Counted from the stretch's first letter, positions 10,632 through 20,546 are shown. The stretch is 64,000 bases of DNA from a virus (IMGVR_UViG_3300048502_000185:26988-90987); one strand, 5' to 3'. Notes: a model not told the origin generated them from the sequence alone. A program made the numbers and translations.

Positions 10632-11195
10632 TTACCTGGATTGCACTTGGCAAAGAATCTCGGGATGACCAGGCGGGTGAGTCATGTAGCTCGGATCAAA
10701 GTGCTTGCTCATAATTGGAGATATCTCAGCAACATTATCTTGGAGATATTTTATGAATTGTTTCTCAAGCAACTTTGCATCAATTTGACTTGGAGAATAA
10801 TAAAAGACCTTGCAATATATCTCCATGTCAGCGATGACACAATTGGGCTGAAGTCCCAAACGAACTTGTTCGGGGCTTCTATCGCATGTAATATCAAATG
10901 ACATTACGGAACGATAACCTGATGGGCCAGCATCATTATAGCCGACTGGCACGCTATGAGGCTTGATTAAGAAACCTTTGCCAACAATTACTGGGATGTC
11001 AATGTCATCATAGATATGAAGTGATATCATTCCAGTTGTCCAAACTATAGGTGGAGTAGTTTGGACATGTTCGATTGGGGCGATGACAACATTTGTTGGC
11101 GTTGTGTGTGCGATGCTTTTGCTTGGAGTCACGCTCGCACAGTTGAGCGCGAGCGCAGACAAAGCGATCCCAAAGAGATTAATTGTTTTGTTCAT
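10632..11195 (-). CDS. Putative lipoprotein
   Basis: Leader ending ALALNC. Confidence 0.65.
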   Translation of the reverse strand: MNKTINLFGIALSALALNCASVTPSKSIAHTTPTNVVIAPIEHVQTTPPIVWTTGMISLHIYDDIDIPVIVGKGFLIKPHSVPVGYNDAGPSGYRSVMSFDITCDRSPEQVRLGLQPNCVIADMEIYCKVFYYSPSQIDAKLLEKQFIKYLQDNVAEISPIMSKHFDPSYMTHPPGHPEILCQVQSR

Positions 11196-11203
11196 TGTTC
11201 CTT

Positions 11204-12385
11204 TCAAAAAGCTTGACAAGTTCCGGGACATCCAGTCTGGTTATTTTCTACGTTTAGTGGACAACCAGCATCACCATGATTACATACATCAGATAGAATC
11301 CCAAAGCCTTGAATAGTTTGTGCACAATCATTATCTACTAAACAACTTGCTCCAACTGGAAGTGGAGTGATACACGTTGAAGTTCCGGTAGTAGCCCCTC
11401 CGGCTATATTATATATAGCAATACCAAAACAGATCAAACCAGGAGCACATTCAGCAATTTGGCTGGTGGTACTAAGCGGCGTATTACAAATACCTCCCAA
11501 TCCAGGACGTGGTTGACATGTAGCGGTGATAAAAGAACCTGGTGCTGTCGCCAGGCATTGTAGCCCACTTCCACAAGATTCAAGTAGTCCAGCGCTATAT
11601 GGCCTACTCCCATTACAATCGAACGGAACATCACATGTATTGCATATCGATCCTACCAGTCCATCAGTTTGATACTGCTGACATGTAAATGGACCGTTGC
11701 TTTCGCCAGGGCTAATAGATATTACTAAACCAGATTCAGTTAAACACTGTTGGCCACTTCCACAAACAGTAATAAGGTTTGCTGGAACCTGCGAACAATT
11801 AGTAGAACTATCTGGACAACAAAAGGAACCTAATGTAGTATTAGTTGTTGATGCTTCCGTTCCAGCATCAGGAATAGTTTGTGCAAAAATAACTGTGGAA
11901 GTTTCTGGTGAATTCAAATCTGCCATTCCAGAATCTGCAACGGGCGTTGACGCTTCTGGCAAAACTGCCCCAGCATCAGGCGTAGGATCAACCGTACCAG
12001 CATCAGGATCAGCGGGAGGATCGGCGTTAGGAGCCAAGGCAACAGACACTCCGGCGTCCTCAAGATTGACAGTAACTACGACGGTCACCACGACAACAGT
12101 TGGTAGTCCGCCATCAGTAGATTCTGACATTGCGGTTTGCGTAGCGGTAGACGCTGCCACAGCCGTGTTCGCAACAAATGCGGATGAAGTTGTGGATGTG
12201 TTCGTGCCAGTATCAGTTCCAGTATTAGATCCAGTAGAATCTACTTGGACGATTGCCGAAGAAGTTGATCCAGAGTCGTTAGGACTATTAGGATCGTTAG
12301 GTTCATTAGCCGAACCAGGGAAGAGCGTACAAGAGGAAGACGCAATCATAATTGATAACAGTGTTGCGGAATATTGAATTTTCAT
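11204..12385 (-). CDS. Cys-rich Ser/Thr/Asp-linker lipoprotein, copy 1
   Basis: Lipobox IASSSC; first ~150 aa near-identical to the 12997 gene; different Cys-rich C-terminus. Confidence 0.85.
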   Translation of the reverse strand: MKIQYSATLLSIMIASSSCTLFPGSANEPNDPNSPNDSGSTSSAIVQVDSTGSNTGTDTGTNTSTTSSAFVANTAVAASTATQTAMSESTDGGLPTVVVVTVVVTVNLEDAGVSVALAPNADPPADPDAGTVDPTPDAGAVLPEASTPVADSGMADLNSPETSTVIFAQTIPDAGTEASTTNTTLGSFCCPDSSTNCSQVPANLITVCGSGQQCLTESGLVISISPGESNGPFTCQQYQTDGLVGSICNTCDVPFDCNGSRPYSAGLLESCGSGLQCLATAPGSFITATCQPRPGLGGICNTPLSTTSQIAECAPGLICFGIAIYNIAGGATTGTSTCITPLPVGASCLVDNDCAQTIQGFGILSDVCNHGDAGCPLNVENNQTGCPGTCQAF

Positions 12386-12496
12386 AGATTTTTTTACCAA
12401 CTTTCGTTATAGGTTTATGCTCCCTCGGCAACTTGCTGCTGATGGGAGCGTTTTTTTTCGTCTCATACAGGCGACACGGCATGTGCCCCGATGGGA

Positions 12497-12661
12497 TTAC
12501 AGGATGTTAGTCTTGGCAAACTCACCAAAATATTTTTCAGCCGCTTTGTTATATGCTTCGGCTGCCTCAATTTCTGATGCAAAATACCCTAAATGTATTA
12601 GTTTCTTCTTTACAGTAATACGAGCTTTCCATTTTTTTGCCCAACTCACAACGTCCTTCAA
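12497..12661 (-). CDS. Stand-alone AP2 DNA-binding domain or remnant of an HNH-AP2 endonuclease (absent from ORF track)
   Basis: Manual translation LKDVVSWAKKWKARITVKKKLIHLGYFASEIEAAEAYNKAAEKYFGEFAKTNIL*; in-frame TGA just upstream. Confidence 0.75.
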   Translation of the reverse strand: MKDVVSWAKKWKARITVKKKLIHLGYFASEIEAAEAYNKAAEKYFGEFAKTNIL

Positions 12662-13000
12662 CTCGTCGAAGCCTCAATAAAGAGAATTGATGATTTAGCA
12701 CTGTCGGAAAAGCAGCATTCAACAGAATTAAGAGTAGCAGAGAGCCATCGCCTAAATGCTATTATTGAAAATACAAAAGAACAAACGCTATCACAAGCCG
12801 CTATACTAGCCACTCAACTCCAAAGTAATACTGATTCTATTAGACTCCAAATCAATAATCTATCTGAACGACTTTCAATTGTTGAGAAAAATAACAATGA
12901 AAATGCTGGATCTCGTAATAAATCGCAACTAAACATAGGTTATATAATTGCAGCAATAACAATCTTCGTTGCTATTATTGGCTATTTTCTTCATCATTAA
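12662..13000 (+). pseudogene. 5'-truncated coiled-coil protein with C-terminal TM helix
   Basis: Open frame LVEASIKRIDDL...IGYIIAAITIFVAIIGYFLHH* with no ATG/GTG/TTG after the upstream TAG at 12599. Confidence 0.55.
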
Positions 13001-13986
13001 AACTGACAAACAGGTGTTCCGCCATCCAAAGACGAGCATGACAATGGACCAGCGCTTGATGCACAATCCTGATATACCTGACAGGGTTCTCCTTTGGCTC
13101 TTGGAACAATGCAAGTGGAACTTGGGCTACCTAATAGTATAGGAAACTCCTTCGTATCACAGTCTGTATTGCTTGTGCAAGGCATACCAAAACAAGTTAG
13201 TCCGACATCGCAAAATGGGTTGCCGGCACCGCTGCAAACTCCTCCTAATTCTACCGGTGCTTCACAAACACTCGGACCGCCTACGAGAACGCAGGTTAGT
13301 CCAGCTTGACAAACACCACTTGATTGTTTTGATACAGGAAAATTACAATCAAGTGGTTGTGTTCCAATACCACAACAATACCCACCTAATCCAACTGGTG
13401 GTAATATAGGAATAATTGTGGATGCTTCTGAAACGCTTGGAGGATCAGCATCTGGCGAGGCATCTGGCGATCCTGCATCGGGAATGGTATCAGCGAAAAT
13501 GATTGTAGAAGTTTCTGACGAGTTAGAACCAGAATCTGCAACAGGCGTAGATGCTTCTGGCAAAACCGCTCCAGTATCAGGCGTAGGATCAGCCATACCA
13601 GCATCAGGATCGGCAGGAGGATCGGCGTTAGGAGCCAAGGCAACAGACACTCCAGCGTCCTCAAGATTGACAGTAACGACGACGGTCACCACGACAACAG
13701 TGGGTAGTCCGCCATCAGTAGATTCTGACATTGCGGTTTGCGTAGCGGTAGACGTTGCCACAGACGTGTTCGCAACAAATGCGGAAGTAGCTGTAGATGT
13801 GTTCGTGCCAGTATCAGTTCCAGTATTAGATCCAGTAGAATCTACTTGGACGATTGCCGAAGAAGTTGATCCAGAGTCGTTAGGACTATTAGGATCGTTA
13901 GGTTCATTAGCCGAACCAGGGAAGAGCGTACAAGAGGAAGACGCAATCATAATTGATAACAGTGTTGCGGAATATTGAATTTTCAT
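12997..13986 (-). CDS. Cys-rich Ser/Thr/Asp-linker lipoprotein, copy 2
   Basis: As copy 1, with a different Cys-rich C-terminal domain. Confidence 0.85.
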   Translation of the reverse strand: MKIQYSATLLSIMIASSSCTLFPGSANEPNDPNSPNDSGSTSSAIVQVDSTGSNTGTDTGTNTSTATSAFVANTSVATSTATQTAMSESTDGGLPTVVVVTVVVTVNLEDAGVSVALAPNADPPADPDAGMADPTPDTGAVLPEASTPVADSGSNSSETSTIIFADTIPDAGSPDASPDADPPSVSEASTIIPILPPVGLGGYCCGIGTQPLDCNFPVSKQSSGVCQAGLTCVLVGGPSVCEAPVELGGVCSGAGNPFCDVGLTCFGMPCTSNTDCDTKEFPILLGSPSSTCIVPRAKGEPCQVYQDCASSAGPLSCSSLDGGTPVCQF

Positions 13987-14025
13987 TTAATGGATAGCCT
14001 GCTTTCTTTTTTGTTAGGTTAATTG

Positions 14026-14346
14026 TCAGTCTGCAAAATCATCACGATCCTCGTCCCATTCACGGGCATACTCATCATCGAGATCGTCATCATCGTCAAG
14101 ATAATCCATTACTTTTTCACGGACGCTTGCAACTTCCGATTCCGTTAGTTCATCGCCGAACACTTGCCCATTACATTTTACGCTCAAAATCTCAATGCTG
14201 CCAGGATCAGCCTCATAACAGTTTTCAGGCAAACCATGCGTGCGTGCAGGACTTCCAGGGGAAACTGCACACAATACATCAAGCGTGCAATGATAATACG
14301 AAGGAGTCTCTCGTTCAATACCAATATGAACTGTAATTTTTTTCAT
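14026..14346 (-). CDS. Hypothetical protein with acidic tail
   Basis: ORF; D/E-rich C-terminus. Confidence 0.7.
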   Translation of the reverse strand: MKKITVHIGIERETPSYYHCTLDVLCAVSPGSPARTHGLPENCYEADPGSIEILSVKCNGQVFGDELTESEVASVREKVMDYLDDDDDLDDEYAREWDEDRDDFAD

Positions 14347-14557
14347 TGAAGTTTCAACTTCTTTCTTTTTGATTATCGAGAGTCTTGCTGTAGCTTCGGC
14401 TCGAAACCCCGATGGGTAATCGGCTCATCTCCAAAAATATAAATCAAAGTTTTTGCAATCGGCATAATTGTATAAATCACCAAAAGCATTGGCAACTTGT
14501 AATCATAGTTTTCACGGGTGAACAATTTTCTAATTGACATAACATCATTCCTTTATT

Positions 14558-14848
14558 TTACACGTGCACTGCTAACAACCGCGGAGACATCTGAACACGA
14601 TAATACCCATGGTCTTCGTCGGTAATAAAACATCGCTGCCTGCCATTCTTGAAAAACCAAGGAACGATCTTGTTTCTGATGTCCCAGACCGAGTAATGTC
14701 GAATTGCCGTCAAACTACCAAAAACCATTTTTAATTCTACTGCACCAGTAAGAATCCAATCCTTGGATGGAACCATTTTAATCGAAGGACGACCAATCTG
14801 GTTGGCATCATTAACAAAATAAGTTTCATTAACAAGAGAAATTTGCAT
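14558..14848 (-). CDS. Hypothetical protein
   Basis: ORF with AAGG RBS. Confidence 0.6.
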   Translation of the reverse strand: MQISLVNETYFVNDANQIGRPSIKMVPSKDWILTGAVELKMVFGSLTAIRHYSVWDIRNKIVPWFFKNGRQRCFITDEDHGYYRVQMSPRLLAVHV

Positions 14849-14931
14849 TATAATATCCTTGAACTTTCCTTGAAACGTTGCTAGGAAGAATCTTCCCGCA
14901 TCATTACTATTGGCTTGAAGCCCGATGGGAA

Positions 14932-15939
14932 TCAGGCAGCCTTTTCTTCTTTACCAAAATACTTGCACACTTCTTCTGCCGTGGTATATGCAACTTGAAA
15001 CCGTTCAAGATAACGAAAGCCATCCCGAATCAATGCGTCGCCCTTGCCAAGCAAGTTTTCGGCGCCAGTGGCATCCAAGACAACTTTGGAATCAATGTGA
15101 CTCGCAACCCGACAAGCAATGCGAGCAGGAAAGTTTGCCTTTATCGTGCCATTGATAATGTTCGTGCTTGGTCGCTGAGTAGTGAGAATAATATGAATTC
15201 GAGCAGCACGACACTTCTGAGCAAGTCTACAGATTAGAGTCATAAACTCGTTATCCTTGTCCTGCATAATTAGATCGGCAAACTCATCAATGATGACAAC
15301 GATGTGTTTCATCTCAGAAACTGGCTTGCCAACACGAATCAAATCATAGCGTGATTCCATCGCTTGCAATAGATTCTTGAGCAATTGAATTGTATTAGCA
15401 TACGTATAGCAAACTGGAATGTTGCAGGTTGCTTCATACTTCGCGAATTCAATCTGCTTGGGATCTGCCAAGTATAACTCCACATCGTTATACTGAAACA
15501 AGTTGGCGATGATAGTATGCAACAAGGTGCTCTTGCCCGAACCAGTTGTGCCGGCAATAATCATATGGGGATTCTTGGTAAGATCCATCCACATCTTTTG
15601 ACCATCAACTGTTTGACCGAGCAAACAATTAATTGCGCCATTGGGAATATCTTTGTTAGACATGTAATTAAAGAAACTAAGTTCGCTTGTTCTTGGGCCA
15701 GCAAATTCCAATCTAACTAAGCCTTCATTGTGCATGACCTTGACGGAAGGCTTGCAGGGGCTTTTGAGAGCCAAAGAGATCTCGTCGAGATACTTCTTGA
15801 TCGTATTGACCTTGGTGCTGGAATGCAGCTTCAGATCATAGAAAAAATAGTTATCGACCTGTTCAAAATTAACGCACTCTGCTTTGATGCCGAATGAGTT
15901 CAGGATAGAATCGAAGTTGGTTTGGTTATCAGTGTTCAT
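14932..15939 (-). CDS. FtsK/SpoIIIE-family ATPase (motor core only)
   Basis: PHMIIAGTTGSGKS Walker A; IVVIIDEFADL Walker B; RAARIHIILTTQRPS; IKANFPARIA; GAENLLGKGDAL. Confidence 0.92.
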   Translation of the reverse strand: MNTDNQTNFDSILNSFGIKAECVNFEQVDNYFFYDLKLHSSTKVNTIKKYLDEISLALKSPCKPSVKVMHNEGLVRLEFAGPRTSELSFFNYMSNKDIPNGAINCLLGQTVDGQKMWMDLTKNPHMIIAGTTGSGKSTLLHTIIANLFQYNDVELYLADPKQIEFAKYEATCNIPVCYTYANTIQLLKNLLQAMESRYDLIRVGKPVSEMKHIVVIIDEFADLIMQDKDNEFMTLICRLAQKCRAARIHIILTTQRPSTNIINGTIKANFPARIACRVASHIDSKVVLDATGAENLLGKGDALIRDGFRYLERFQVAYTTAEEVCKYFGKEEKAA

Positions 15940-15977
15940 AATAATATGATCCTATGAGGGCCCGATGGGAAACCCTA

Positions 15978-16331
15978 TCAATTGAAATTAATTATACCAT
16001 ACTCGTCGTGATCGATCGTGTAATAAATCTTCTTAACCTTCTTGCTAATCAAAACTTTGAGACAAGATTTGCAAGGTCGTGCCATTCCAAATTTGCCGTC
16101 AATCAGTCTAATTCTGGCAACATATATAATCGCCCCATAATCAATCTTGGAAGCAACGCGATATTCTGCGTGAACTTGACGGTCAGGTTCTTGAGTAGGA
16201 GAATTGAGCGAACGGACCATTACTCCATCTTTCCTGATGGCCACGGCTCCCAACATGAAGCTCCTTCCGTCTTGGCGCGAGGTTGCCGTTTTTCCAGCAA
16301 TCTCAAGAAAATTGAAAATCTTATTGTTCAT
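15978..16331 (-). CDS. Zn-dependent deaminase (cytidine/dCMP-deaminase fold)
   Basis: HAE ... ARPCKSC motifs. Confidence 0.8.
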   Translation of the reverse strand: MNNKIFNFLEIAGKTATSRQDGRSFMLGAVAIRKDGVMVRSLNSPTQEPDRQVHAEYRVASKIDYGAIIYVARIRLIDGKFGMARPCKSCLKVLISKKVKKIYYTIDHDEYGIINFN

Positions 16332-16469
16332 GACAACTACTTTGAAAGAAGCGCTGATGGGAACCGTGATAGTAATAGATTAGTTTCCAAGTCCAGGGAA
16401 TCAAACCCGGCTTTGACCTGCAACAACACCAGTTATCTTACTTGGAAACTAAATCGTTTTGATTTTTAG

Positions 16470-17057
16470 TTAGGCGGTAAATGGCGCCTCAACTTCAAGA
16501 TCAGTTGGCTGAACCAAATAGCCAATCAATGACCAATTTGCTTTATCATCATAACTCGTGCTATCAATAAGAAAATAACGTCTGGCTTTATCGACAATTG
16601 AATGACCACCTTTAGCAGCAGTAATTCCAACTTTGCCAGCAGGCACTTGATGGTGCCAATCACCAACAGCACTAACAGCAATCCAATCATTGATATGCTT
16701 CAAAGTATCAGCACGATATCTAAGAACATGGCTCTCATCAAGAGAAACTTTTCGCCCAGTAATCAAAGTATATTCATCGGGATACTGATCCTTTGCTATC
16801 GCAATGATAGACTCAATACTTACATCATTTTTGGAACTGATAAAGAACTTTGGGAATGTGAATGCAACGATGACCCATTCACAATCTTCCTCATACCAGC
16901 CGGAATCTTTTCGCCAAGACTGATGAATCAAAACATTCTTAGTTTTGGAAACATGAAAACCGCCATGCCCTGGCGTCGTATATCTCATGATGCCGGGTGC
17001 GAGTTTGGTGCTTGAATCTGATTTGCCCCAAGGGGTTTGCGTAGACATTGTCATCAT
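16470..17057 (-). CDS. Conserved hypothetical protein (TPWG/HGG/YEEDC, DUF7007-like)
   Basis: QTPWG...TPGHGGF...GWYEEDCEW. Confidence 0.6.
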   Translation of the reverse strand: MMTMSTQTPWGKSDSSTKLAPGIMRYTTPGHGGFHVSKTKNVLIHQSWRKDSGWYEEDCEWVIVAFTFPKFFISSKNDVSIESIIAIAKDQYPDEYTLITGRKVSLDESHVLRYRADTLKHINDWIAVSAVGDWHHQVPAGKVGITAAKGGHSIVDKARRYFLIDSTSYDDKANWSLIGYLVQPTDLEVEAPFTA

Positions 17058-17127
17058 TCGACTTTCTTATTGAAACGGTTTTAGTTCGTACACAAGAGAT
17101 TTATGTCTGTGCCGATGGGAACTTTAT

Positions 17128-17955
17128 TTACAAATTTGCTAATCGTTTGGTTGTTATATTGATTGCCTCTTGACTTTCGTCTATTAGAATATAACCACGA
17201 TTGTGTTTTATTGCGGCAGCACCAGTTGTTCCGCTACCACAAAAGAAGTCTAAAATAGTGTCATTTTCATTAGAATGAATCTTCACAAGTCTTTCTAATA
17301 TTTGAATTGGTTTCTGTGTAGAATAACCAGTTCGCTCTTTACCATTTGTAGGAACTATTGTTTGCCACCAAACTGATGTTGGAGTCTTACCTCGTGCGGC
17401 TTTTTCTTTTCCAACTAAGCCTGGCGCCATATAAGGGAGTCTATCCATGGCATCATAATTAAATATATACTTTTTTGGGTCCATAACATACCACAATATG
17501 TTATCATGTTTAGCGGGCCACTTCTTTTTAGAACGAGCCCCAAAATCATAAGACCAAATAATCTCGTTCATAAAATGATCTCTACCGAGAAGGGCGTCTA
17601 AAGCCACCTTAATATAGTGAACCTCTCTATAATCTAAATGAACAAACAAACTTCCATTATCAGTCAAACAATGAATACTTGCTTCAATGCGAGACATTAG
17701 AAAGTTTTGGTAATCATCAAATGAATCATTGTAGCTTGACGAACTAATTTTTGTAGTGTTATATTGTTTACCACCAAAGCCAATTCGATCGCCCTCTTCA
17801 CCAGAATTAACTGCAACAGTTTTGATTCGATCCCTTTTCATTTGTTTACCTGAATTAAAAGGTGGATCAATATAGATCATTGTAGATATTTTATCAGGCA
17901 ACTTTGCCAATTCTTTTAGATTATCACCAAGCATAATTTGTTTTGTTAATGTCAT
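17128..17955 (-). CDS. DNA methyltransferase, N6-A/N4-C, beta class
   Basis: IYIDPPFN (motif IV) precedes ILDFFCGSGTT (motif I). Confidence 0.92.
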   Translation of the reverse strand: MTLTKQIMLGDNLKELAKLPDKISTMIYIDPPFNSGKQMKRDRIKTVAVNSGEEGDRIGFGGKQYNTTKISSSSYNDSFDDYQNFLMSRIEASIHCLTDNGSLFVHLDYREVHYIKVALDALLGRDHFMNEIIWSYDFGARSKKKWPAKHDNILWYVMDPKKYIFNYDAMDRLPYMAPGLVGKEKAARGKTPTSVWWQTIVPTNGKERTGYSTQKPIQILERLVKIHSNENDTILDFFCGSGTTGAAAIKHNRGYILIDESQEAINITTKRLANL

Positions 17956-18022
17956 TAAGATTTTCTCCTATATTGTATTAATATATACTAAATCAATAAT
18001 ACTTATCTTATTGATCTACAAA

Positions 18023-18643
18023 CTACATACATATTAATGCCTGATCAAATGTCAAAAAATAATTCTTTATGAATTCATTCTGAATATAAGCAAGTTTTAT
18101 ATTATCTTGACGAATTTTATCCATCCATATTTTCAGATTAATAAACTTTTGATCTTCCAAAGAAGCCTTATCACATTCGGACAAAATATTATCAGGATCA
18201 ATTTTATAGTTTTGATAACCTTCCAAAGATTTTAAAGAAAATGATGCAGATATAAACTGACTTGGACAGTGCTGTCCGTTTCTATCAATAAGATGACGCA
18301 CAATTATATTGCCTGGAATTACATATATATCTCCAGATGACATATTTACTACTACAATTGGTACATATTCCCAAGCACGAACCTGATTAATAGAAAATGA
18401 AGTATTTTCTCCACCAATTTTCTTTACTTCACAACAGTTTCCATTTGGCGTTTTTAGATCTCCTGGCTCTTTATGAGCCGATTTACTAAATCCATATTTA
18501 ACAATTAGATCTTTTTCTATTTGCTCGCCATCTCTTTTTATGGAGAGACTGGTTTCTTTTTCACTTGAATCTGATTTGCCACAAGATATATCCGTAAACA
18601 TTTGAATCAATCGACTTTCTTTATGAAACATTTTAGGTTGCAC
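18023..18643 (-). CDS. Putative PD-(D/E)xK restriction endonuclease
   Basis: E...PGDL...EVK pattern; directly upstream of the MTase; both genes AT-rich. Confidence 0.5.
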   Translation of the reverse strand: MQPKMFHKESRLIQMFTDISCGKSDSSEKETSLSIKRDGEQIEKDLIVKYGFSKSAHKEPGDLKTPNGNCCEVKKIGGENTSFSINQVRAWEYVPIVVVNMSSGDIYVIPGNIIVRHLIDRNGQHCPSQFISASFSLKSLEGYQNYKIDPDNILSECDKASLEDQKFINLKIWMDKIRQDNIKLAYIQNEFIKNYFLTFDQALICM

Positions 18644-19013
18644 CTAAGGTTTCACCTTAGCAGCCGATGGGAACTTTATCCCTCAAAAAGTAGATTCAAG
18701 AGCTGAACCACAACATGTGTCTACTAAGTTTAGTAATTTAGTATAAACAAGCGTCTTATGCTTTTGAATCTACTTTTTGAAAGACAAAATCATATGATAA
18801 GAAAAAAATAATCCCCAAAGTTTTAATCCAAACTGTTTTTCTTGGGGACTATTATCAAATAAATATCTTCGCACACCGACGAAAGAGGCGCGAAAAACTC
18901 GCTATTCATTTGACGAATGAACGAAAAAGATTGTTTGATTGGGCCACGATTGACTATTCGATCAAACAATCTCTTTCGAGTCACAATGCTAAGCTAAGAT
19001 AAGTCCTGAAAGA

Positions 19014-19370
19014 TTACTCGGCAACGACGTCAGCAAGGCGTGTAACACCACCATTACGACCCTTGGTAACCGTGAAAAGACCGCCAGCAACTTGGGCGCC
19101 GACATAAGCCTTGACGCGCTCTTCCATCTTCGCCCAATCAGTGGGCTGAATGTCATGAAGACGCGCAACTGCAAGACTCGCCAGTGTTGGCGTAGTAATC
19201 GTTGTTCCCTTGTACTGGTCAAAAACCGACTCAACAGCCGCGCCAACGACGTCGAGGTCATTCGCAAACGACGTATTGAAGTGAGTGATTGCGTCGCCCA
19301 CATTCTTGAGAGTCGCCTTCACGCTAATCGTTCCATCAGTAGCCAAACACAACGCATCCATTAATATCAA
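19014..19370 (-). CDS. Hypothetical protein, possibly winged-helix (paralog of 27402 gene)
   Basis: Shared V..VF.QYKG..I...LA...VK.YV...KGR.GG. Confidence 0.7.
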   Translation of the reverse strand: MILMDALCLATDGTISVKATLKNVGDAITHFNTSFANDLDVVGAAVESVFDQYKGTTITTPTLASLAVARLHDIQPTDWAKMEERVKAYVGAQVAGGLFTVTKGRNGGVTRLADVVAE

Positions 19371-19495
19371 ACATAATAATTACCTTTTTTCTTTTCTTCG
19401 ATGCACACCTATTAGGGTTGTGCGTTTTTTTGTTTTCGAGGGCGCCGTTATTGGAACCCTACATCTTTAGTTCGGGCTAAGTGCCCGATGGGATT

Positions 19496-19966
19496 TTAGT
19501 CAAGAAGCTCATCCGTTGAATATCCATCAACGCTCAGAATATCGGAGACAGTCTCTCCAGTTTCCTCGCCCCACTGCGAACGGTCAGCAAGCAACTGCCC
19601 GCTCATGTTATAGTCAGCCCCGCATCCGCACGTGTTCGTGAAGCCACTAAGTTCGACCTTTGTTCCACACACATCGCACAAGCCGACCGCTGGCTCGTGC
19701 TGACTATAATTATGAGTTTCGACTCCCTTGAAGAGAATCTTCTTGCGCACAATCATTAGACTTTCAGAATCTATTGACTCGATAAAACCTTCCAGGCAAG
19801 AATTAAAATTCTTGCGCCCTGCAAGTGCCAAAGTGCTTGGTTCAACGCGACCATCTTCATCGCATTCAAAAGCAAATCCAGCACCTGTAATGGCACTGTC
19901 TTCAAATTCGAAAGTAGATAGGTAAGAAACTGAATAACTATGAGTACGTGCTTTAATGATTTGCAT
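19496..19966 (-). CDS. Hypothetical Zn-ribbon protein
   Basis: CDVCG...TNTCGCGADYN. Confidence 0.7.
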   Translation of the reverse strand: MQIIKARTHSYSVSYLSTFEFEDSAITGAGFAFECDEDGRVEPSTLALAGRKNFNSCLEGFIESIDSESLMIVRKKILFKGVETHNYSQHEPAVGLCDVCGTKVELSGFTNTCGCGADYNMSGQLLADRSQWGEETGETVSDILSVDGYSTDELLD

Positions 19967-20068
19967 TTTTTCTTCTTTAAATGTCAGATGTTTTATCAGA
20001 ATTAAGGGAACAAGAATATTCTTGTTCACGAGCGTGCCAAGCAAAATACAACGTTTGTAACTGTAATT

Positions 20069-20542
20069 TTAGTAAGTAAATCCAAGGGCTTCAATGTCTT
20101 TTTGAAACTCTGACATTAGACCAGGCAAACGCTCTTCCAATGCTTTGCGATCAGCCAGTTGTTCCAACGTAGCATCGGGCCACACAGCCGACATTCTCGC
20201 ATGTTCAAGATTGCCCTGTTCTGCCCAATACATAGTATTGTCAAAATAATGCATTGGACCATCAGTAGATGTAAGATGCCACTTGATATAGTTCCTTAGT
20301 TCTGGGAAATGTTTGATGACCAAGTCATGTTGACATCCACATGAACCAAGATATTTTTTATCATTCGTTTTTGCATGAATCCTAAATGGATCACCATTGG
20401 CTCTGTTACGATCATAATGATGAGCAGTGATAGCAAATGTATTATGCCCATTCTTGCATTCATCGTTATAGCGCACGTGAACAATCAAGATGCTGCCATC
20501 GTCCAAGTCCTTGCGATATTCTTTGACACCTAAAGTATTCAT
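20069..20542 (-). CDS. Conserved phage hypothetical protein
   Basis: DECKNGHNTF...CGCQH...FPEL...KWHL...GPMHY. Confidence 0.7.
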   Translation of the reverse strand: MNTLGVKEYRKDLDDGSILIVHVRYNDECKNGHNTFAITAHHYDRNRANGDPFRIHAKTNDKKYLGSCGCQHDLVIKHFPELRNYIKWHLTSTDGPMHYFDNTMYWAEQGNLEHARMSAVWPDATLEQLADRKALEERLPGLMSEFQKDIEALGFTY

Positions 20543-20546
20543 TTTT

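Noticed and set aside
14932-15939. GATGGGA as a KOPS-like signal read by the local FtsK
   Set aside because: This FtsK has no gamma domain, and the motif's tight link to stop codons is not expected for KOPS
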